A stretch of 63,350 nt of DNA, filler included. It is 3 parts of 3 records of this genome, joined end to end, with 100 filler letters (N's around TTAATTAATTAA, not from the genome) between each part and the next. Parts side by side here need not be neighbours in the genome. Positions count along the whole stretch, not along the records: positions 1 to 29,484 come from DRR723986_1781; 2 more parts are not named here. One strand, 5' to 3'. Below are positions 12,834 through 25,595 of this stretch, piece after piece. The position numbers and the translations under genes are program-made. The notes beneath the pieces were generated by a model that had not been told where the DNA came from, ran no database searches, and saw nothing but the letters and a program-made list of their open reading frames with translations. Each line of letters begins with the position of its first letter. The first letter of the stretch is position 1.

Positions 12834-14234
12834 TTAAAGCTCTTCCAGCTGTTTCGGCAGCGCGTATGCCCACTGGGTGATGTTGCCGGCCCCGAGGCAA
12901 ACCACGAAGTCGCCCGGCTCGGCCAGTTCCTTGACAAGCGCCGGCAGCTCTTCCGGGCCCTCGATCGCCCGAACGTTCCTGTGACCGCGGGTCTTCATGC
13001 CCGAGACGAGATCGGTATGTGCCGCTCCCTCGATCGGCTGCTCCCCCGCGGCGTAGACAGGAGCGATGATCACCGCGTCCGCATCGTTGAAGCAGTTCGA
13101 GAAATCATCGAACAGGCTGTGCAGGCGCGAATAGCGATGCGGCTGCATCACCGCGATTACCTTGCCTTTTGTCGACTCGCGCGCCGCATGGAGCACGGCC
13201 TTGATTTCAACAGGGTGGTGGCCGTAATCGTCGAATATCTGAACGCCGCCCACCGTGCCGGTGTGCGTGAAGCGCCGCTTGACGCCGCCGAAGGCCGCAA
13301 TGCCTTTTCTGAGATCGTCCGCCTCGACACCAAGCTGCGAGGCAACCGCGATTGCCGCGGTGGCATTCGAAACGTTGTGAAGGCCCGGCATCGGCAGCGT
13401 CAGGTCGTTCAGTTCGATTACCTGCCCGCTGCGACGGTCACGAAGGGTCACGGAGAAGATCGACTTGCCACCATCCATCGACACATCGGTGTAGCGAACG
13501 TCGGCCTGCGGATTGGCGCCATAGGTGACGACACGCCGGTCTTCGATGGTCCCGATCATCGTCTGGACTTCGGGATGGTCGAGACACATGACGGCAAAGC
13601 CGTAGAAGGGTACATTTTCAACGAATTGCCGGAAGGCAGCGCGTACGCCGGCGAAGTCGCCGTAGTGATCCAGATGCTCCGGATCGATGTTTGTGACGAT
13701 GGCGACATCAGCCGGCAGCTTGACGAAGGTGCCGTCGCTCTCGTCTGCCTCGACAACCATCCAGTCACCCTCGCCCATGCGGGCATTGGTGCCATAGGCA
13801 TTGATGATACCGCCGTTGATCACCGTCGGATCCAGACCGCCGGCATCGAGAAGTGCGGCAACCATCGACGTGGTCGTGGTCTTGCCGTGTGTGCCGCCAA
13901 CGGCGATCGCCTGCTTGAAGCGCATCAGCTCGGCCAGCATTTCCGCCCGTCGCACCACAGGGATCAGCTTTTCGCGGGCCGCGACCAGTTCCGGGTTGTC
14001 CTTCTTGATGGCGGAAGACACGACCAGCACCTCGGCATCGCCCAGGTTTTCTGCGGCATGGCCAATGGAAACCTTGATGCCGTTGTCACGAAGTCGCTGA
14101 ACATTGGCGTTTTCCGCCATGTCCGAGCCTTGTACCGTGTAGCCGAGGGTCTTCAGCACTTCGGCAATCCCGCTCATGCCGATACCGCCGATGCCGACAA
14201 AATGAACCGGTCCGATGTCCTGCGGCATCTTCAT
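12834..14234 (-). CDS. murC: UDP-N-acetylmuramate--L-alanine ligase
   Basis: [24 protein letters not shown] and DDYGHHP motifs. Confidence 0.98.
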   Translation of the reverse strand: MKMPQDIGPVHFVGIGGIGMSGIAEVLKTLGYTVQGSDMAENANVQRLRDNGIKVSIGHAAENLGDAEVLVVSSAIKKDNPELVAAREKLIPVVRRAEMLAELMRFKQAIAVGGTHGKTTTTSMVAALLDAGGLDPTVINGGIINAYGTNARMGEGDWMVVEADESDGTFVKLPADVAIVTNIDPEHLDHYGDFAGVRAAFRQFVENVPFYGFAVMCLDHPEVQTMIGTIEDRRVVTYGANPQADVRYTDVSMDGGKSIFSVTLRDRRSGQVIELNDLTLPMPGLHNVSNATAAIAVASQLGVEADDLRKGIAAFGGVKRRFTHTGTVGGVQIFDDYGHHPVEIKAVLHAARESTKGKVIAVMQPHRYSRLHSLFDDFSNCFNDADAVIIAPVYAAGEQPIEGAAHTDLVSGMKTRGHRNVRAIEGPEELPALVKELAEPGDFVVCLGAGNITQWAYALPKQLEEL

Positions 14235-15337
14235 GGCCGTTCTCCTTGTTTTGCTGCGACCTTCTCGACGAGGTCGGCAAGTCTTTTCACCGCGTCAGGC
14301 CTGGCGACGCTGCGCGCCTTTTGCGCTGCTTCGCCCAGCATTTCGGGTGCATTCATGAATCGGGTGATTTCCTGGGCCAACCGCTCCGGATAAAGGTCGA
14401 CCTGACGGATCGGCCAGGCCCCACCTGCTTTTTCAAGCACCTTGGCATTGGCAGCCTGGTCCTGATCAATGGCCCCGGGCAAAGGTACCAGAATGGAGGG
14501 ACGGCCAAGCACACTGAGCTCGCTGACCGACGACGCACCGGACCGGCAGATCACCAGATGCGCCTGGGCAATCCGCTGTGGCATGTCCTGGAAGAATGGC
14601 GCGCATTCGGCCTGAACGCCCAGACTGTCGTAAACTGCCTGTACCCGCTCCATGTCCTCCGGACGGCACTGCTGCACGATCCGCAAACGGGCGCGGATGT
14701 CGGCAGGCAGTTTTTCAAGCGCCGGCGGCAACAGGTCGGAAAAGAAGCGCGCGCCCTGGGATCCGCCGAAGACCAGCAGGTTGAACGTTCCACCAGTGAG
14801 CGGTGCCGAGTAGGGCAACTCCGCAGCCGCGAGGACGGCGTCCCGAACAGGGTTGCCCGTTTCAGTCAGCTTGGCCTTGAAATCCGCCGGCAGATCTTCG
14901 ATCGGCACGCTTGTGGCAATGGCGGTCACGCCCTTCGCCAACAGGCGGTTGGCCCGCCCCATGATGCCGTTTGCTTCGTGCAGGATGGAGGGCGTGCCCG
15001 TGAGCCGGGCAGCATACATTGGCGGAAATGTCGGATAACCACCAAACCCGGCCACGACATCCGGCTTCAAGGCCTTGATCACCTTGCGTGCCTGCAGCGT
15101 TCCAAGAAACAGTTTCACTGCAGTCTTCGCCAGCAGGAAGGGATTGCGCCCACGGATGGTCTCCGAGGCGATGATGTGAACCTTGCGAGCGGGAAAGGCG
15201 CTACCGTATTTGTCGGCCCGTTCGTCGGTTGCAAGTTCCACGGTCCAGCCGCGCCGGATCAACTCGCTGGCCAGCGCCTGTGCGGGGAAGAGGTGGCCGC
15301 CCGTTCCGCCGGCCGTCAGTAAAACAGTTTTGCTCAT
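14231..15337 (-). CDS. murG: lipid II GlcNAc transferase MurG
   Basis: GGTGGH, TGNPVR, GGSQGA and DQAANA motifs. Confidence 0.97.
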   Translation of the reverse strand: MSKTVLLTAGGTGGHLFPAQALASELIRRGWTVELATDERADKYGSAFPARKVHIIASETIRGRNPFLLAKTAVKLFLGTLQARKVIKALKPDVVAGFGGYPTFPPMYAARLTGTPSILHEANGIMGRANRLLAKGVTAIATSVPIEDLPADFKAKLTETGNPVRDAVLAAAELPYSAPLTGGTFNLLVFGGSQGARFFSDLLPPALEKLPADIRARLRIVQQCRPEDMERVQAVYDSLGVQAECAPFFQDMPQRIAQAHLVICRSGASSVSELSVLGRPSILVPLPGAIDQDQAANAKVLEKAGGAWPIRQVDLYPERLAQEITRFMNAPEMLGEAAQKARSVARPDAVKRLADLVEKVAAKQGERP

Positions 15338-15354
15338 GAGTGCGGCTTGGGGCC

Positions 15355-16512
15355 TTACATCAGGGAAGAGGGTGAAAGCCGGCTCACCGTGACGACATCA
15401 CCGCGCGACGGCTGCGGCCGCCTGCGCGTGAGCGCCAGAATGGCACCAGCGGTCATGGCGGACGACAAGAGCGACGACCCGCCGTAGGAAACGAAAGGCA
15501 GGGTCATGCCCTTGGACGGAATGAGGTGAAGGTTCACCGCGAGATTGATCGTGGCCTGCAGGCCGAACAGCACGGTCAGTCCTGCTGTGGCAAGACGACT
15601 GAAGGCATCCTGATCACGGCTGGCGTGACGCAGGCCTCTCAAGACGATAAATGCAAAGACGGAGACAAGCAGCAGACAGGCGATTACGCCGAACTCTTCG
15701 CCGACAACGGCGAAGATGAAGTCTGTGTGGCTGTCCGGCAAGATCCGCTTGACGGTGCCCTCACCCGGACCACGGCCCAGCCACCCGCCTGCAAGAAAGG
15801 AATCCTTGGCCGTATCGATCTGGAAGGTGTCGCCGGAGCTCGGGTCGAGGAACCGGTCCACGCGGTTGGTCACGTGCGGCAGGAAGGCATAGGCGGCAAA
15901 CAGGCCGACGATCCCGATGACGCCAAGCGCCATGATGATGAGCCACGAAATCCCGTTCAGAAAGAACAGCCCTGCCCAGACCAGACCGAGCAGCATGGTC
16001 TGACCGAAGTCCGGCTGGGCGATCAGGAGAGCCGCGCAAACCGCAAAGAGTACAAAGGCGAAGAGCACTCCAGGCACCTCGCGCCGGCGGCCGCTTTCCG
16101 ACAGAAGGAAGGCGATCAGGATCACGAAGGCAGGCTTCAGGAATTCGGACGGCTGTATCGACAACCCGGCGATATAGATCCAGCGCCGCGCACCCTTGGC
16201 CTCAAACCCCAGGAACAGGGTGGCGACCATCATCAGTAGTGACACGATGAACAGGATGAGTGCCGCCCGCCGGACCATGCGCGGCGTCATAAGCGAGCCG
16301 GCAAGCATGATCGTCAGGGCCGGTATCAGGAACATGGCCTGTCGCTTGACGAAATAGAAGGTTTCAACGCCGATGCGTTCGGCAACCGGCGGACTGGCTG
16401 CAAACGAAAGCACCACACCACCAACCATCAGCAGGCTGAAGGCGGCAAGCAGATAGTGGTCCACTGTCCAGAGCCATTCCGCAAAGCGGCTGCGATCGGC
16501 GCGCGAAACCAT
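15355..16512 (-). CDS. ftsW: SEDS peptidoglycan polymerase FtsW
   Basis: GARRWI, QPSEF, HTDFIF, LPFVSYGGSS; multiple TM helices; start at MVSRADRS. Confidence 0.96.
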   Translation of the reverse strand: MVSRADRSRFAEWLWTVDHYLLAAFSLLMVGGVVLSFAASPPVAERIGVETFYFVKRQAMFLIPALTIMLAGSLMTPRMVRRAALILFIVSLLMMVATLFLGFEAKGARRWIYIAGLSIQPSEFLKPAFVILIAFLLSESGRRREVPGVLFAFVLFAVCAALLIAQPDFGQTMLLGLVWAGLFFLNGISWLIIMALGVIGIVGLFAAYAFLPHVTNRVDRFLDPSSGDTFQIDTAKDSFLAGGWLGRGPGEGTVKRILPDSHTDFIFAVVGEEFGVIACLLLVSVFAFIVLRGLRHASRDQDAFSRLATAGLTVLFGLQATINLAVNLHLIPSKGMTLPFVSYGGSSLLSSAMTAGAILALTRRRPQPSRGDVVTVSRLSPSSLM

Positions 16513-16513
16513 A

Positions 16514-17914
16514 TCAGGCGACCTCCTGGGTATTGCCGGAATTGGGCAAGGCACGCACCGCATCTACAAAAGCAGCGCCCCGCAGTTCAAAATTCGGGAA
16601 TTGGTCGAAGCTCGCACAGGCGGGCGACAAAAGTATGGCGATTTCCGCCGCACCGTCCTCCGCCGCCTCGGCAGCGGCGTCCTGCACGGCCTGGGTCAGC
16701 GTTCCGCTGATCTTGAAGGGCACGCGGCCATCCAGCGTCTTGGCGAAATCCTGAGCCGCCTCTCCGATCAGGAAGGTCTTGGCGATCTTCGGGAAATATT
16801 CGTCCAGCGAGGAGATACCGCCCGCCTTGGCCCGGCCGCCCGCGATCCAGTAGATCCGGTCGAAACTTGCCAATGCTCTGGCCGCAGCGTCAGCGTTGGT
16901 AGCCTTGGAATCGTTGATATAGAGAACCCGGCCCTTCTTCTCCACCACTTCCATGCGGTGATGAAGTCCCGGGAAGGTCTTGAGGGCTTCTGCGATCTGC
17001 GCTGCCGGAATTTCCAGCGCACGCAGAGCCGCGAAGGCAGCCGCCGCATTCTGGCCGTTGTGGTCACCGCGGAGGCTGTCGATCCCGCCAAGCAGGGCTA
17101 CTTCGATCTGGCTACCGTCATGCGCCTCAATCAGTCGTCCGTGGCGAGCGTAGATACCGTTGGTGAGTTCCTTCTCACCAGCGATCCGGCACACGGGCTT
17201 GCGTGCAAGTTCAAGCCTGTCGGCAATTGCTGAGGACAACCGGTCGTCAACTCCCACCACCGCGACCTTGGCACCGGCAACAAGCCGCTCCTTGATAGCG
17301 GCGTAGTTTTCCATGGACCCGTGACGATCGAGATGATCCGGTGACAGGTTCATGTGAATGCCGACCGTTGCATCCAAGTTCGGCGCCAAATCGATCTGGT
17401 AGGAAGAGCACTCCACTACATAATGCCGACCGGGTTGCGGAGGATCCAGCTCCAGAACCGGCGTCCCGATGTTACCGCCGAGTTGCACGTCCCGGCCCAG
17501 GGCCTTCAGGAGATGCGCGATCAGGGCGGTGGTCGTCGACTTGCCATTGGTACCGGTAATAGCAATCAGCGGCGCGGACGGGCATTGTTTGCGCCGCTCG
17601 CGACAGAAAAGCTCGACATCGCCGACAATCTCGACGCCCGCATCACGCGCCAGCTCCACCGACCAGTGCGGCACCGGATGGGTCAGCGGCACACCAGGTG
17701 CAAGAACCAGTGCGGCAACGTCCGACCAGTCAAGGTCCCGAAGGTCTTGCGTTGCAAGCCCCTCGCCGGCAGCTTGTACGACCCGGGCTTCGTTGTCGTC
17801 GAAACAGACCACATCCGCACCGCCCGCCTTCAGCGCGCGCGCTGTTGCAAGCCCGGACCCGCCGAGCCCGAACAGGGCAACCTTTCTGCCGTCGAATGTG
17901 GTGACCGGGATCAT
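16514..17914 (-). CDS. murD: UDP-MurNAc-L-Ala--D-glutamate ligase
   Basis: [24 protein letters not shown] and [11 protein letters not shown] motifs. Confidence 0.97.
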   Translation of the reverse strand: MIPVTTFDGRKVALFGLGGSGLATARALKAGGADVVCFDDNEARVVQAAGEGLATQDLRDLDWSDVAALVLAPGVPLTHPVPHWSVELARDAGVEIVGDVELFCRERRKQCPSAPLIAITGTNGKSTTTALIAHLLKALGRDVQLGGNIGTPVLELDPPQPGRHYVVECSSYQIDLAPNLDATVGIHMNLSPDHLDRHGSMENYAAIKERLVAGAKVAVVGVDDRLSSAIADRLELARKPVCRIAGEKELTNGIYARHGRLIEAHDGSQIEVALLGGIDSLRGDHNGQNAAAAFAALRALEIPAAQIAEALKTFPGLHHRMEVVEKKGRVLYINDSKATNADAAARALASFDRIYWIAGGRAKAGGISSLDEYFPKIAKTFLIGEAAQDFAKTLDGRVPFKISGTLTQAVQDAAAEAAEDGAAEIAILLSPACASFDQFPNFELRGAAFVDAVRALPNSGNTQEVA

Positions 17915-17918
17915 GCGT

Positions 17919-19004
17919 CTACCTCAGCTTCAAGGTTGCGAGGCCGAGCAGGGCAAGCACGACGGAAATGATCCAGAAGCGGATCACCACCTGGCTTTCG
18001 GTCCAGCCCATGATCTCGAAATGATGGTGGATCGGCGCCATGCGGAAGACCCGCTTGCCGGTCAGCTTGAAGGAGAACACCTGCACGATGACCGACACGG
18101 CTTCGAGCACGAAGAGGCCTCCAATGATGGCCAGAACAATCTCGTGCTTGGTGGCAACCGCGATTGCGCCGATCATGCCGCCGAGAGCTAGTGATCCGGT
18201 GTCACCCATGAAGATAGCGGCCGGCGGGGCGTTGAACCACAGGAAGCCGAGACCCGCGCCGATCACGGCACCACAGATGACGGCAAGTTCACCGGTGCCG
18301 GCAACGTGGTGGATCTGGAGATAGCTGGCAAAAACCGCGTTACCGGAAAGATAGGCAATCAGGCCGAAGGAAGCGCAGGCGATCATCACCGGTACGATTG
18401 CCAGACCATCGAGACCGTCGGTCAGGTTGACCGCGTTCCCCGCGCCAACCATCACGAAGGCTGCGAAGGGAATGAAGAAAAGACCGAGATTGAGCGTCAG
18501 ATCCTTGATGAAGGGAAAAGTGATCGCTTCCGAGTATTCGGACACATCCAGAAGGGTAACCGCGAAGGCCGCACCGCCAGCGATCAGGAACTCCAGGCCC
18601 AACCGGGCCTTGCCGCCAAATCCCTTGTGCGAGGACTTGGTGACCTTCAGGTAGTCATCATAAAAGCCAATGCCGCCGAACCCGAGGGTGACGCCGATGA
18701 CCACCCAGACGTAAGGATTGGAAAGATCCGACCAAAGCAATGCCGCGACCAGGGCCCCTGACAGGATCATCAACCCACCCATGGTGGGCGTGCCTTTCTT
18801 GGTCAGGAGATGACTTTCAGGTCCGTCAGCGCGGATCGGCTGCCCATGCCCTTGCCGGATCCGAAGACTGGCGATGATTTTCGGTCCGAACAGGAAAACG
18901 AAAAACAGCGCGGTCATGATCGCGCCACCGGTTCGGAAAGTGATGTAACGGAACACGTTCAGCGCTGAAATCTGATCCGCGAATTGCCCCAAGAAATAAA
19001 ACAT
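17919..19004 (-). CDS. mraY: phospho-MurNAc-pentapeptide transferase
   Basis: [27 protein letters not shown] and APIHHHFE motifs. Confidence 0.98.
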   Translation of the reverse strand: MFYFLGQFADQISALNVFRYITFRTGGAIMTALFFVFLFGPKIIASLRIRQGHGQPIRADGPESHLLTKKGTPTMGGLMILSGALVAALLWSDLSNPYVWVVIGVTLGFGGIGFYDDYLKVTKSSHKGFGGKARLGLEFLIAGGAAFAVTLLDVSEYSEAITFPFIKDLTLNLGLFFIPFAAFVMVGAGNAVNLTDGLDGLAIVPVMIACASFGLIAYLSGNAVFASYLQIHHVAGTGELAVICGAVIGAGLGFLWFNAPPAAIFMGDTGSLALGGMIGAIAVATKHEIVLAIIGGLFVLEAVSVIVQVFSFKLTGKRVFRMAPIHHHFEIMGWTESQVVIRFWIISVVLALLGLATLKLR

Positions 19005-19014
19005 CCAATGCCCC

Positions 19015-20445
19015 TTACGCCGCTGCGGTGTCGTCCGCAGGCGGATATTCTTTTTTCAAGGCCTCGACAAGCGGGCCCATCCGGGTTCCGAGCGATCCCT
19101 TGATCATAACAACATCACCGGAACGGACGTCGCCCAAAAGCACGTCTTCCAGATCTTTTGCTTCTTCGCAGTAGTGTCCGCGCAGGTCATGCGGCAGCAG
19201 CTTCCAGAGCGCATGCATGTGCGGGCCCGCGCAATAGACCGCGTCAATATCGGCGTCGGTAATCGGCTGGAGCAACTCCGCGTGCAAACGGTCGGCATCG
19301 GTCCCCAGTTCGCGCATGTCTCCAATGACGGCAATACGGCGACCCGGCCTTGTGACAGGCGCCTCGCCCAGCACGGCAAGTGCTGCCTTCATAGAGGCGG
19401 GATTGGCGTTGTAGCTCTCGTCGATAAGGTTGAACTCGCCCTTCTGCATGGGCAGACGGGTCACCTCACCGCGACCTTTGGGTGCGCGCATGGAATCGAG
19501 TGCCAGTCCTGCTTTTGCAAGATCCGCCCCCAGATCCACGACCGCGGTCAGAACCGCCAGGCTATTCTTGACGTGGTGTTTGCCCGACGCCCCGATCTTG
19601 TAGGTGATTTCCTGGCCCAGAATGCTGGCGTCGACACTCGATCCGGCCGGATAGGAAACGGCCTTCTGGAGATGGCTGTCTGCCGAAGGGTCTTCGCCAA
19701 ATGTTTGGATCTTGGAAACACCGGCAGCAGCCGCCAGAAACTTCAGCAGGTCGAATTGCAGATTGTCCTTGTTCAGGATCGCAATTCCACCAGGCTCCAG
19801 TCCGTCGAAAATTTCGGCCTTTGCCTTGGCTATCTGCTCGACGCTGTCGAAGAATTCCAGGTGTACCGGCTGAACGGTGGTGATGATCACCACGTGCGGG
19901 CGCACCATCTTTACCAGCGGCGAGATTTCGCCCGCATGGTTCATGCCGATCTCGAAGACACCGAAATCCGTGTCGGCGGGCATGCGTGCCAATGTCAGCG
20001 GTACGCCCCAATGGTTGTTGAAAGAGGCAACCGAGGCATGAACCTTGCCGGATTCTGTCAGTGTCAGGCGCAGCGCTTCCTTCGTGCCGGTCTTGCCGAC
20101 AGAACCGGTAACCGCGACAATGCGGGCATTGCTGCGGGCCCGCGCTGCGACACCGAGCTTGCGCATGGCTTCAAGCGGGTCGTCCACCACCACGTAGCGG
20201 CCATCTTCGGGCAGATTGGACAAACGATCCTCGCCAACCAGCGCCACTGATGCGCCGGCTTCCAGTGCGGCGGCAACATAATCATGCCCGTCCAGACGGT
20301 CGCCGGTGATCGCGACGAATGCGTCACCCGGCTCCAGCGTCCGGCTGTCTATGGATATACCGGTAATTTCAGCGCCAGCATCACCCTGAAGGCGGCCACC
20401 GGCGGCTTCAACAAAGGCATCAAGGGTCCAAAGCGGGTCGCTCAT
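19015..20445 (-). CDS. murF: UDP-MurNAc-tripeptide--D-Ala-D-Ala ligase
   Basis: [24 protein letters not shown] and GDMRELG motifs. Confidence 0.97.
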   Translation of the reverse strand: MSDPLWTLDAFVEAAGGRLQGDAGAEITGISIDSRTLEPGDAFVAITGDRLDGHDYVAAALEAGASVALVGEDRLSNLPEDGRYVVVDDPLEAMRKLGVAARARSNARIVAVTGSVGKTGTKEALRLTLTESGKVHASVASFNNHWGVPLTLARMPADTDFGVFEIGMNHAGEISPLVKMVRPHVVIITTVQPVHLEFFDSVEQIAKAKAEIFDGLEPGGIAILNKDNLQFDLLKFLAAAAGVSKIQTFGEDPSADSHLQKAVSYPAGSSVDASILGQEITYKIGASGKHHVKNSLAVLTAVVDLGADLAKAGLALDSMRAPKGRGEVTRLPMQKGEFNLIDESYNANPASMKAALAVLGEAPVTRPGRRIAVIGDMRELGTDADRLHAELLQPITDADIDAVYCAGPHMHALWKLLPHDLRGHYCEEAKDLEDVLLGDVRSGDVVMIKGSLGTRMGPLVEALKKEYPPADDTAAA

Positions 20446-21911
20446 GTGTTTCCTTCAAGACTGATGGCGCGCTTTACGGCTTCGTGATCGGAAAAGGGAA
20501 TCACTGTGTCGCCAACAATCTGGCCCGTTTCGTGACCTTTTCCGGCCACACACAGGATATCGCCATCCTTTAGGCGGCGAACTCCCTCTGCGATCGCTTC
20601 ATACCGGTCGCCAATCTCCATTGCATCGGGTGCGCCACCCAACACCGCCTTGCGAATGGTCGCCGGATCTTCCGAGCGCGGGTTGTCGTCCGTGACGATA
20701 ACCAGATCGGCCCTGCGAGCCGCGACTTCCCCCATCAGCTCGCGTTTTCCGGGGTCCCTGTCGCCACCGGCGCCGATGATCACGGACAGCTTGCCACGGG
20801 CAAACGGCTTCAAAGCCGCAAGGGCATTATCAAGCGCGTCCGGCTTGTGGGCGTAATCGACAAAAACCAGCCCACCTGCTGGCGTCTTGCCGGCAAGTTC
20901 AAGACGGCCTGGAGCCCCCTTCAGGTTTTCAAGGGCCCGCAAGGCAGTTCCGGTGTCGATGCCAGCGGCAATCGCGAGACCGGCAGCAATGAGTGCGTTG
21001 GAAACCTGGAAGCGACCGATCAGAGGCAGCGTCACCTTGTATTCGCCGCGCGCACTCTGGATCGTCAGTTCCTGCCCTGCCCCCATCGGTTTCAGGCCAG
21101 TCAGGGTGAGGTTCCGGCCGGTTTCTCCGACCGTGAAGAGCGGCAATCCTCGCTCCTGCGCGACCGCCATGACCCTGTCAGCATATTTCTCACCCGGATC
21201 GCAGACCACTGTGCCGCCTGACGGAAGCAACTCTTTGAACAGGCGAAGTTTTGCATTCAGGTAATGCTCGATCGTTGGATGATAATCCATGTGATCGCGG
21301 CCAAGATTGGTGAAGGCGGCCGCCGTCAGCCGAACACCGTCCAGCCGGTACTGATCGAGACCGTGCGACGAGGCTTCAAGCGCCGCGTGATTGACACCTT
21401 CTTCTTCCAGCTCTGCCAACTGCTTGTGCAAGGCAACCGGGTCCGGCGTTGTCAGTCCGCCGTAGCTTTCTCCATCCGGCTTGATAACGCCCAGTGTACC
21501 AAGACTTGCGGCAGGATGGCCTGCAGACTGGAAAATCTGGCGGGCGAAATGAGCAACGGATGTCTTGCCCGCAGTTCCGGTTACGGCAACGATTGTGTCG
21601 GGTTGAGCTCCGTAGAAACGGGCCGCCATTCTTGCAAAGACCTGACGAGGCTCTGCGGCACTGACAACGGCAACCGTGTTCGGCACCTGTGCACGCACTG
21701 CATCTGCGGCCTCTTCAGCACACAGAATGGCAATTGCCCCGGCCGCTGCTGCGTCCGGGGCGAATTTTGTCCCGTCGACGGAAGCCCCCTTGAAGGCGGC
21801 AAACAAGAAGCCCGGCTGAACTTTGCGGCTATCAGCCGTCAGCCCCGTAATTTTCCGAGCCTCTGCCGCTTCGGACAAGGTCAGCCCGGCAGCTAAATAC
21901 TCAAGATCCAT
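20442..21911 (-). CDS. murE: UDP-MurNAc-dipeptide--meso-DAP ligase
   Basis: TGTAGKTS, EASSHG, VDYAHKPD and the DAP-type DNPR motif. Confidence 0.97.
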   Translation of the reverse strand: MDLEYLAAGLTLSEAAEARKITGLTADSRKVQPGFLFAAFKGASVDGTKFAPDAAAAGAIAILCAEEAADAVRAQVPNTVAVVSAAEPRQVFARMAARFYGAQPDTIVAVTGTAGKTSVAHFARQIFQSAGHPAASLGTLGVIKPDGESYGGLTTPDPVALHKQLAELEEEGVNHAALEASSHGLDQYRLDGVRLTAAAFTNLGRDHMDYHPTIEHYLNAKLRLFKELLPSGGTVVCDPGEKYADRVMAVAQERGLPLFTVGETGRNLTLTGLKPMGAGQELTIQSARGEYKVTLPLIGRFQVSNALIAAGLAIAAGIDTGTALRALENLKGAPGRLELAGKTPAGGLVFVDYAHKPDALDNALAALKPFARGKLSVIIGAGGDRDPGKRELMGEVAARRADLVIVTDDNPRSEDPATIRKAVLGGAPDAMEIGDRYEAIAEGVRRLKDGDILCVAGKGHETGQIVGDTVIPFSDHEAVKRAISLEGNT

Positions 21912-22012
21912 CTCACCCGATCATCCGGTTTGTGCGTCGTCATTAATGAGCTTTTTCGGAAAACCGGATTTCGGCTGCGACCCCGCCGGTTTTCAAAGCT
22001 CAACTCGTCTCC

Positions 22013-23725
22013 TTAATAGGAAATCTCGATTGGTTCATCCCCTTTGCTGAACCGCGGCATCACACCAAGCATGGGAGCCGAGCGGCGAACGATTGCGCCA
22101 ACCATCGGCGCGGCGTTCAGACCAGCCGTCGCACCAATGCCGTCGCGTTCCGGTTTCGGCTCGTCGATAACGACCAGGACCACGTAGCGCGGGTCGTCCA
22201 TCGGGAAGGCCGACAGGAAAGAGTTGCGGCGCTTGTTGTTGACATATCGACCGTTCTCGATCTTCTCCGCAGTGCCCGTCTTGCCACCGACCGTGTAGCC
22301 CGGGACATCGGCCCGGCGGCCCGAACCGGAGAGCACGTTCAGCCTGAAGAGATAACGCATCATGCGGCTCGTTTCCGGAGAAACGACTTGTTTGCCAAGC
22401 TTTTGCACGTCTTCGGGGCTTCTCGGCAGGAAGGTTGGCGGAAGCAGGACGCCACCATTCACCAGCGCTGCGGCGGCAACGGCGGTCTGCATCGGCGTTA
22501 CCGAGATACCGTGCCCGAACGAGATGGTCATCGCCGCCAGCTCGTTCCATTTCGGCGGCAGCAGCGGCGCTGCATTTTCCGGCAACTCGGTCTGCAGACG
22601 ATCAGTCAGGTGCAGGCGCTTCAGGAAGTCCTGCTGGCGCGCAATACCGGTCGCCAGCATCATTTTTGCGGTGCCGATGTTGGATGAATAGATGAAGATT
22701 TCAGGCACCGACAGGATGCGGTGTTTCCCGTGGAAATCCGAAATCGTGCGGCCGCCTGCCCTGATCGGACGGGTCGCATCGAAGCTGTCATTGATCGAAA
22801 CAGCCCCCGAATCCAGTGCCATCGCGGTGGTGAAGGTCTTGAAGACCGATCCCATTTCAAAGACACCACCGGTCGCCCGGTTCAGGCGGTCCTTTTCCAG
22901 GGCCTGGGCCCGGTCGTTCGGGTCGTAGTCCGGCAGGGAGGACATGGCGACCACTTCGCCGGTCTTTGCATCCAGAACGATACCGGCCGCGGCGATCGCC
23001 TTGTAGCGTTCCATCGCCTTCACGAGCTCATCGCGCACGACATGCTGAACACGCAGGTCGACCGACAGCTTCACCGGCTCCATCGTACGGTCCGACGTAA
23101 AACCAAGTGACTGAAGGTCCCTCAACCAGGAGTCATCGATGTATTTTTCGATCCCGGCGAGGCCCTGATTGTCGACGTTGACGGAACCAACGATATGGCC
23201 CGCGGTCGGCCCACCCGGATAGAAACGCTGGTTTTCCGAAAGGAAGCCGATACCCGGCAGGCCGAGATTGTGAACTCTTTCTGCCTGCTGCGGTGTCATT
23301 TCACGCTTCAGCCAGACGAAGCCGGCGCCGCTTTCCAGACGACGACGCACGAGACCCTCGTTCAGATCCGGCACGATACGGATCAACCCCTCGACCGCCT
23401 CATCCACATCCATGATGCGGCGCGGTTCAGCGTAAAGCGAAGCCGTCTTGATGTCGGTAGCAAGGATCTCGCCGTTCCTGTCGATCAGGTCTGGACGGGA
23501 GGCGGCAACGGAATCCTGCGCCGAAATCCAGGCATGGGACGGCGCCTCTTCCATTTGCGCCAGCATTACCAGCCGGCCCGCGATCGCAACATAGACGCAG
23601 GCAAAGGCAAGCATGGCCACATAGACACGGGATTTGACCGCGCTGGCGGAGACGGAGTCCCTTGTCGCCCGCGGATGAGCCCGTCTTACCTGAAGGAAGC
23701 TGGCCGGTTCGCTAACCATCGTCAT
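22013..23725 (-). CDS. ftsI: class B PBP FtsI/PBP3
   Basis: SxxK (SVFK), SxN (SSN) and KTG motifs; N-terminal TM helix; dcw position. Confidence 0.95.
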   Translation of the reverse strand: MTMVSEPASFLQVRRAHPRATRDSVSASAVKSRVYVAMLAFACVYVAIAGRLVMLAQMEEAPSHAWISAQDSVAASRPDLIDRNGEILATDIKTASLYAEPRRIMDVDEAVEGLIRIVPDLNEGLVRRRLESGAGFVWLKREMTPQQAERVHNLGLPGIGFLSENQRFYPGGPTAGHIVGSVNVDNQGLAGIEKYIDDSWLRDLQSLGFTSDRTMEPVKLSVDLRVQHVVRDELVKAMERYKAIAAAGIVLDAKTGEVVAMSSLPDYDPNDRAQALEKDRLNRATGGVFEMGSVFKTFTTAMALDSGAVSINDSFDATRPIRAGGRTISDFHGKHRILSVPEIFIYSSNIGTAKMMLATGIARQQDFLKRLHLTDRLQTELPENAAPLLPPKWNELAAMTISFGHGISVTPMQTAVAAAALVNGGVLLPPTFLPRSPEDVQKLGKQVVSPETSRMMRYLFRLNVLSGSGRRADVPGYTVGGKTGTAEKIENGRYVNNKRRNSFLSAFPMDDPRYVVLVVIDEPKPERDGIGATAGLNAAPMVGAIVRRSAPMLGVMPRFSKGDEPIEISY

Positions 23726-23735
23726 GACCGCGCCC

Positions 23736-24089
23736 TCACTGGATCACAGCAGACGAGCCGGCATAGCCGCCCATCTGACTGCCACCGATTGGCTCCAGCA
23801 TCACAGGACGCGCCGGAAGATCTTCCGTTGTCACGATCTGCTTCACATCAAGCGGTTCAAGAAGAAGATAATCGTTATAGCGTTCGACAAGGGACTGCAG
23901 CCGGTCCGGCTTGTTGAGAAGGCTCCACTCCGCCTTCAGATGACGAATGGAGTCGCGCTCCTCATCGATCTGCCGCTTCAGATCGGCAACCTTTTCCGCA
24001 GACTTCGTCGCTGCGAGCTTCATGTCATAGACCGTCGCCGCGCCGATCACGACCGCCAGTATGAACACGATGTTCAGCGTTCGAACCAT
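23736..24089 (-). CDS. ftsL: cell division protein FtsL (alphaproteobacterial type)
   Basis: N-terminal TM plus coiled coil ending LKAEWSLLNKPDRL; between rsmH and ftsI. Confidence 0.85.
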   Translation of the reverse strand: MVRTLNIVFILAVVIGAATVYDMKLAATKSAEKVADLKRQIDEERDSIRHLKAEWSLLNKPDRLQSLVERYNDYLLLEPLDVKQIVTTEDLPARPVMLEPIGGSQMGGYAGSSAVIQ

Positions 24090-24090
24090 A

Positions 24091-25131
24091 TTAGCCCCCT
24101 AGCCCATGAAAGGCTGCGAGACGTGGGACACCTGCCTGATGGATGTCCAGCTCTCGCGCCTCAGCTTCGGTCCGCCGCCCGGCCCGAAGCTTCGCGGATC
24201 TTGCCCGCGGATTGATGTCCGTTTCAGCGTCGGCAGCTTCCACCGCCTTGCGCGTCAACAATTCGAATGTCGCCGGAGGCACGTCTTCCTCCGGCATATG
24301 TCGTGATCCGCCACCGCGGGTCCGGGTCCGATCCTGGAAGAACCGCTTGACGATACGGTCTTCGAGGGAATGGAAACTCACCAGCACAAGGCGTCCGCCC
24401 GGCTTCAGAATCCGCTCGGCCGCGCCCAGCGCTTCAGCCGCCTGATGCAACTCGCCGTTCACATAGATCCGCAGCGCCTGGAAGGTTCGCGTTGCCGGAT
24501 GGATCTGTGCCTTCTTGGGCGACCGGCCAAGCACCTTTTCGATCAGGTTCGCCAGCTCCAGGGTCCGGGTGAATGGCTTTTCCTTGCGGGCCCTGTCGAT
24601 GGCGTGCGCAACTGTCGTCGCCCGCTTTTCCTCGCCCAACAGACCGATGACGCGGATCAGATCCTTCACTGGCAGCTCATTCACGACATCCGCAGCCGAT
24701 GGCCCGGCCTGCTCCATACGCATGTCCAAAGGTCCATCGCGCAGGAATGAAAAGCCGCGATCAGCCTCATCAAGCTGCATGGAAGAAACGCCGAGATCGA
24801 GAACCACACCGTCGACACCATCGAAACCGCAACCGCGGGCATGCGTTTCAAGACCCGCAAATTGACCCGGCACGAGCATCAGCCGGCCTTCGGATGCTTT
24901 CACAAGCTCCTGCCCGCCGGCAATCGCGTCCGGATCCCGGTCGATACCGATCACATGGGCACCACGTTCCAGAATTGCGCGGGAATAACCTCCGGCACCG
25001 AAAGTACCGTCGACAATCACCTCGCCGGGCTGCGGCGCAAGCCACTCCAAAACCTCTTTCAGGAGAACCGGCACATGGCGCTCGGGTCCGCCAGCGTCAG
25101 GAGCAACGTCTCTGTCGCCGAGCGCCATCAT
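24091..25131 (-). CDS. rsmH: 16S rRNA m4C1402 methyltransferase
   Basis: [29 protein letters not shown] and [10 protein letters not shown] motifs. Confidence 0.97.
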   Translation of the reverse strand: MMALGDRDVAPDAGGPERHVPVLLKEVLEWLAPQPGEVIVDGTFGAGGYSRAILERGAHVIGIDRDPDAIAGGQELVKASEGRLMLVPGQFAGLETHARGCGFDGVDGVVLDLGVSSMQLDEADRGFSFLRDGPLDMRMEQAGPSAADVVNELPVKDLIRVIGLLGEEKRATTVAHAIDRARKEKPFTRTLELANLIEKVLGRSPKKAQIHPATRTFQALRIYVNGELHQAAEALGAAERILKPGGRLVLVSFHSLEDRIVKRFFQDRTRTRGGGSRHMPEEDVPPATFELLTRKAVEAADAETDINPRARSAKLRAGRRTEAEARELDIHQAGVPRLAAFHGLGG

Positions 25132-25595
25132 ACCGGCTCTCCCTGAGAGGATGCGGAGCTTTGCCCCGACAGCATCGCGAGCGCACGCCGTTGGGCCTCT
25201 GCGCGGTACTCGCGAAACTTTTCAGGTTCCCAGATCTGGAACTTGTAATTCATGCCGACGAAGGTGACCTGGTCGGTAATTCCGGTGTGTTCGCGGATCA
25301 TGTCGGAAATGGTCATGCGGCCATCCCCATCGATCCTCGGGTTTTCACTGGCACCGAACAGGGCGATCGCCAGTGCATCATGATCGGGAGAGAGCTTTGC
25401 AAAGGCTTCCGAGCGCTTGTTGATTTCAGCAAGCAGATCGTTTCCGCCCGCGTCGACAGCCGCGCAGTGTGAAGAAGCAATGCAATAAAGGCCTTCAAAT
25501 CCATCTCTCGCCAATACCGTACGGAAGGGCGCCGGGATCGACACGCGACCCTTGGCATCCAGCCGGTTGGTAAAGTGAGAAACAAAGCCGGCCAT
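25128..25595 (-). CDS. mraZ: transcriptional regulator MraZ
   Basis: [10 protein letters not shown] and IDGDGR repeats; first gene of the dcw cluster. Confidence 0.94.
   Translation of the reverse strand: MAGFVSHFTNRLDAKGRVSIPAPFRTVLARDGFEGLYCIASSHCAAVDAGGNDLLAEINKRSEAFAKLSPDHDALAIALFGASENPRIDGDGRMTISDMIREHTGITDQVTFVGMNYKFQIWEPEKFREYRAEAQRRALAMLSGQSSASSQGEPV

Noticed and set aside
11949-14393. 814-aa plus-strand ORF and other long antisense ORFs across the dcw cluster
   Set aside because: They shadow well-supported minus-strand genes (murB, murC, murG), have no recognisable motifs, and are expected in high-GC coding DNA.
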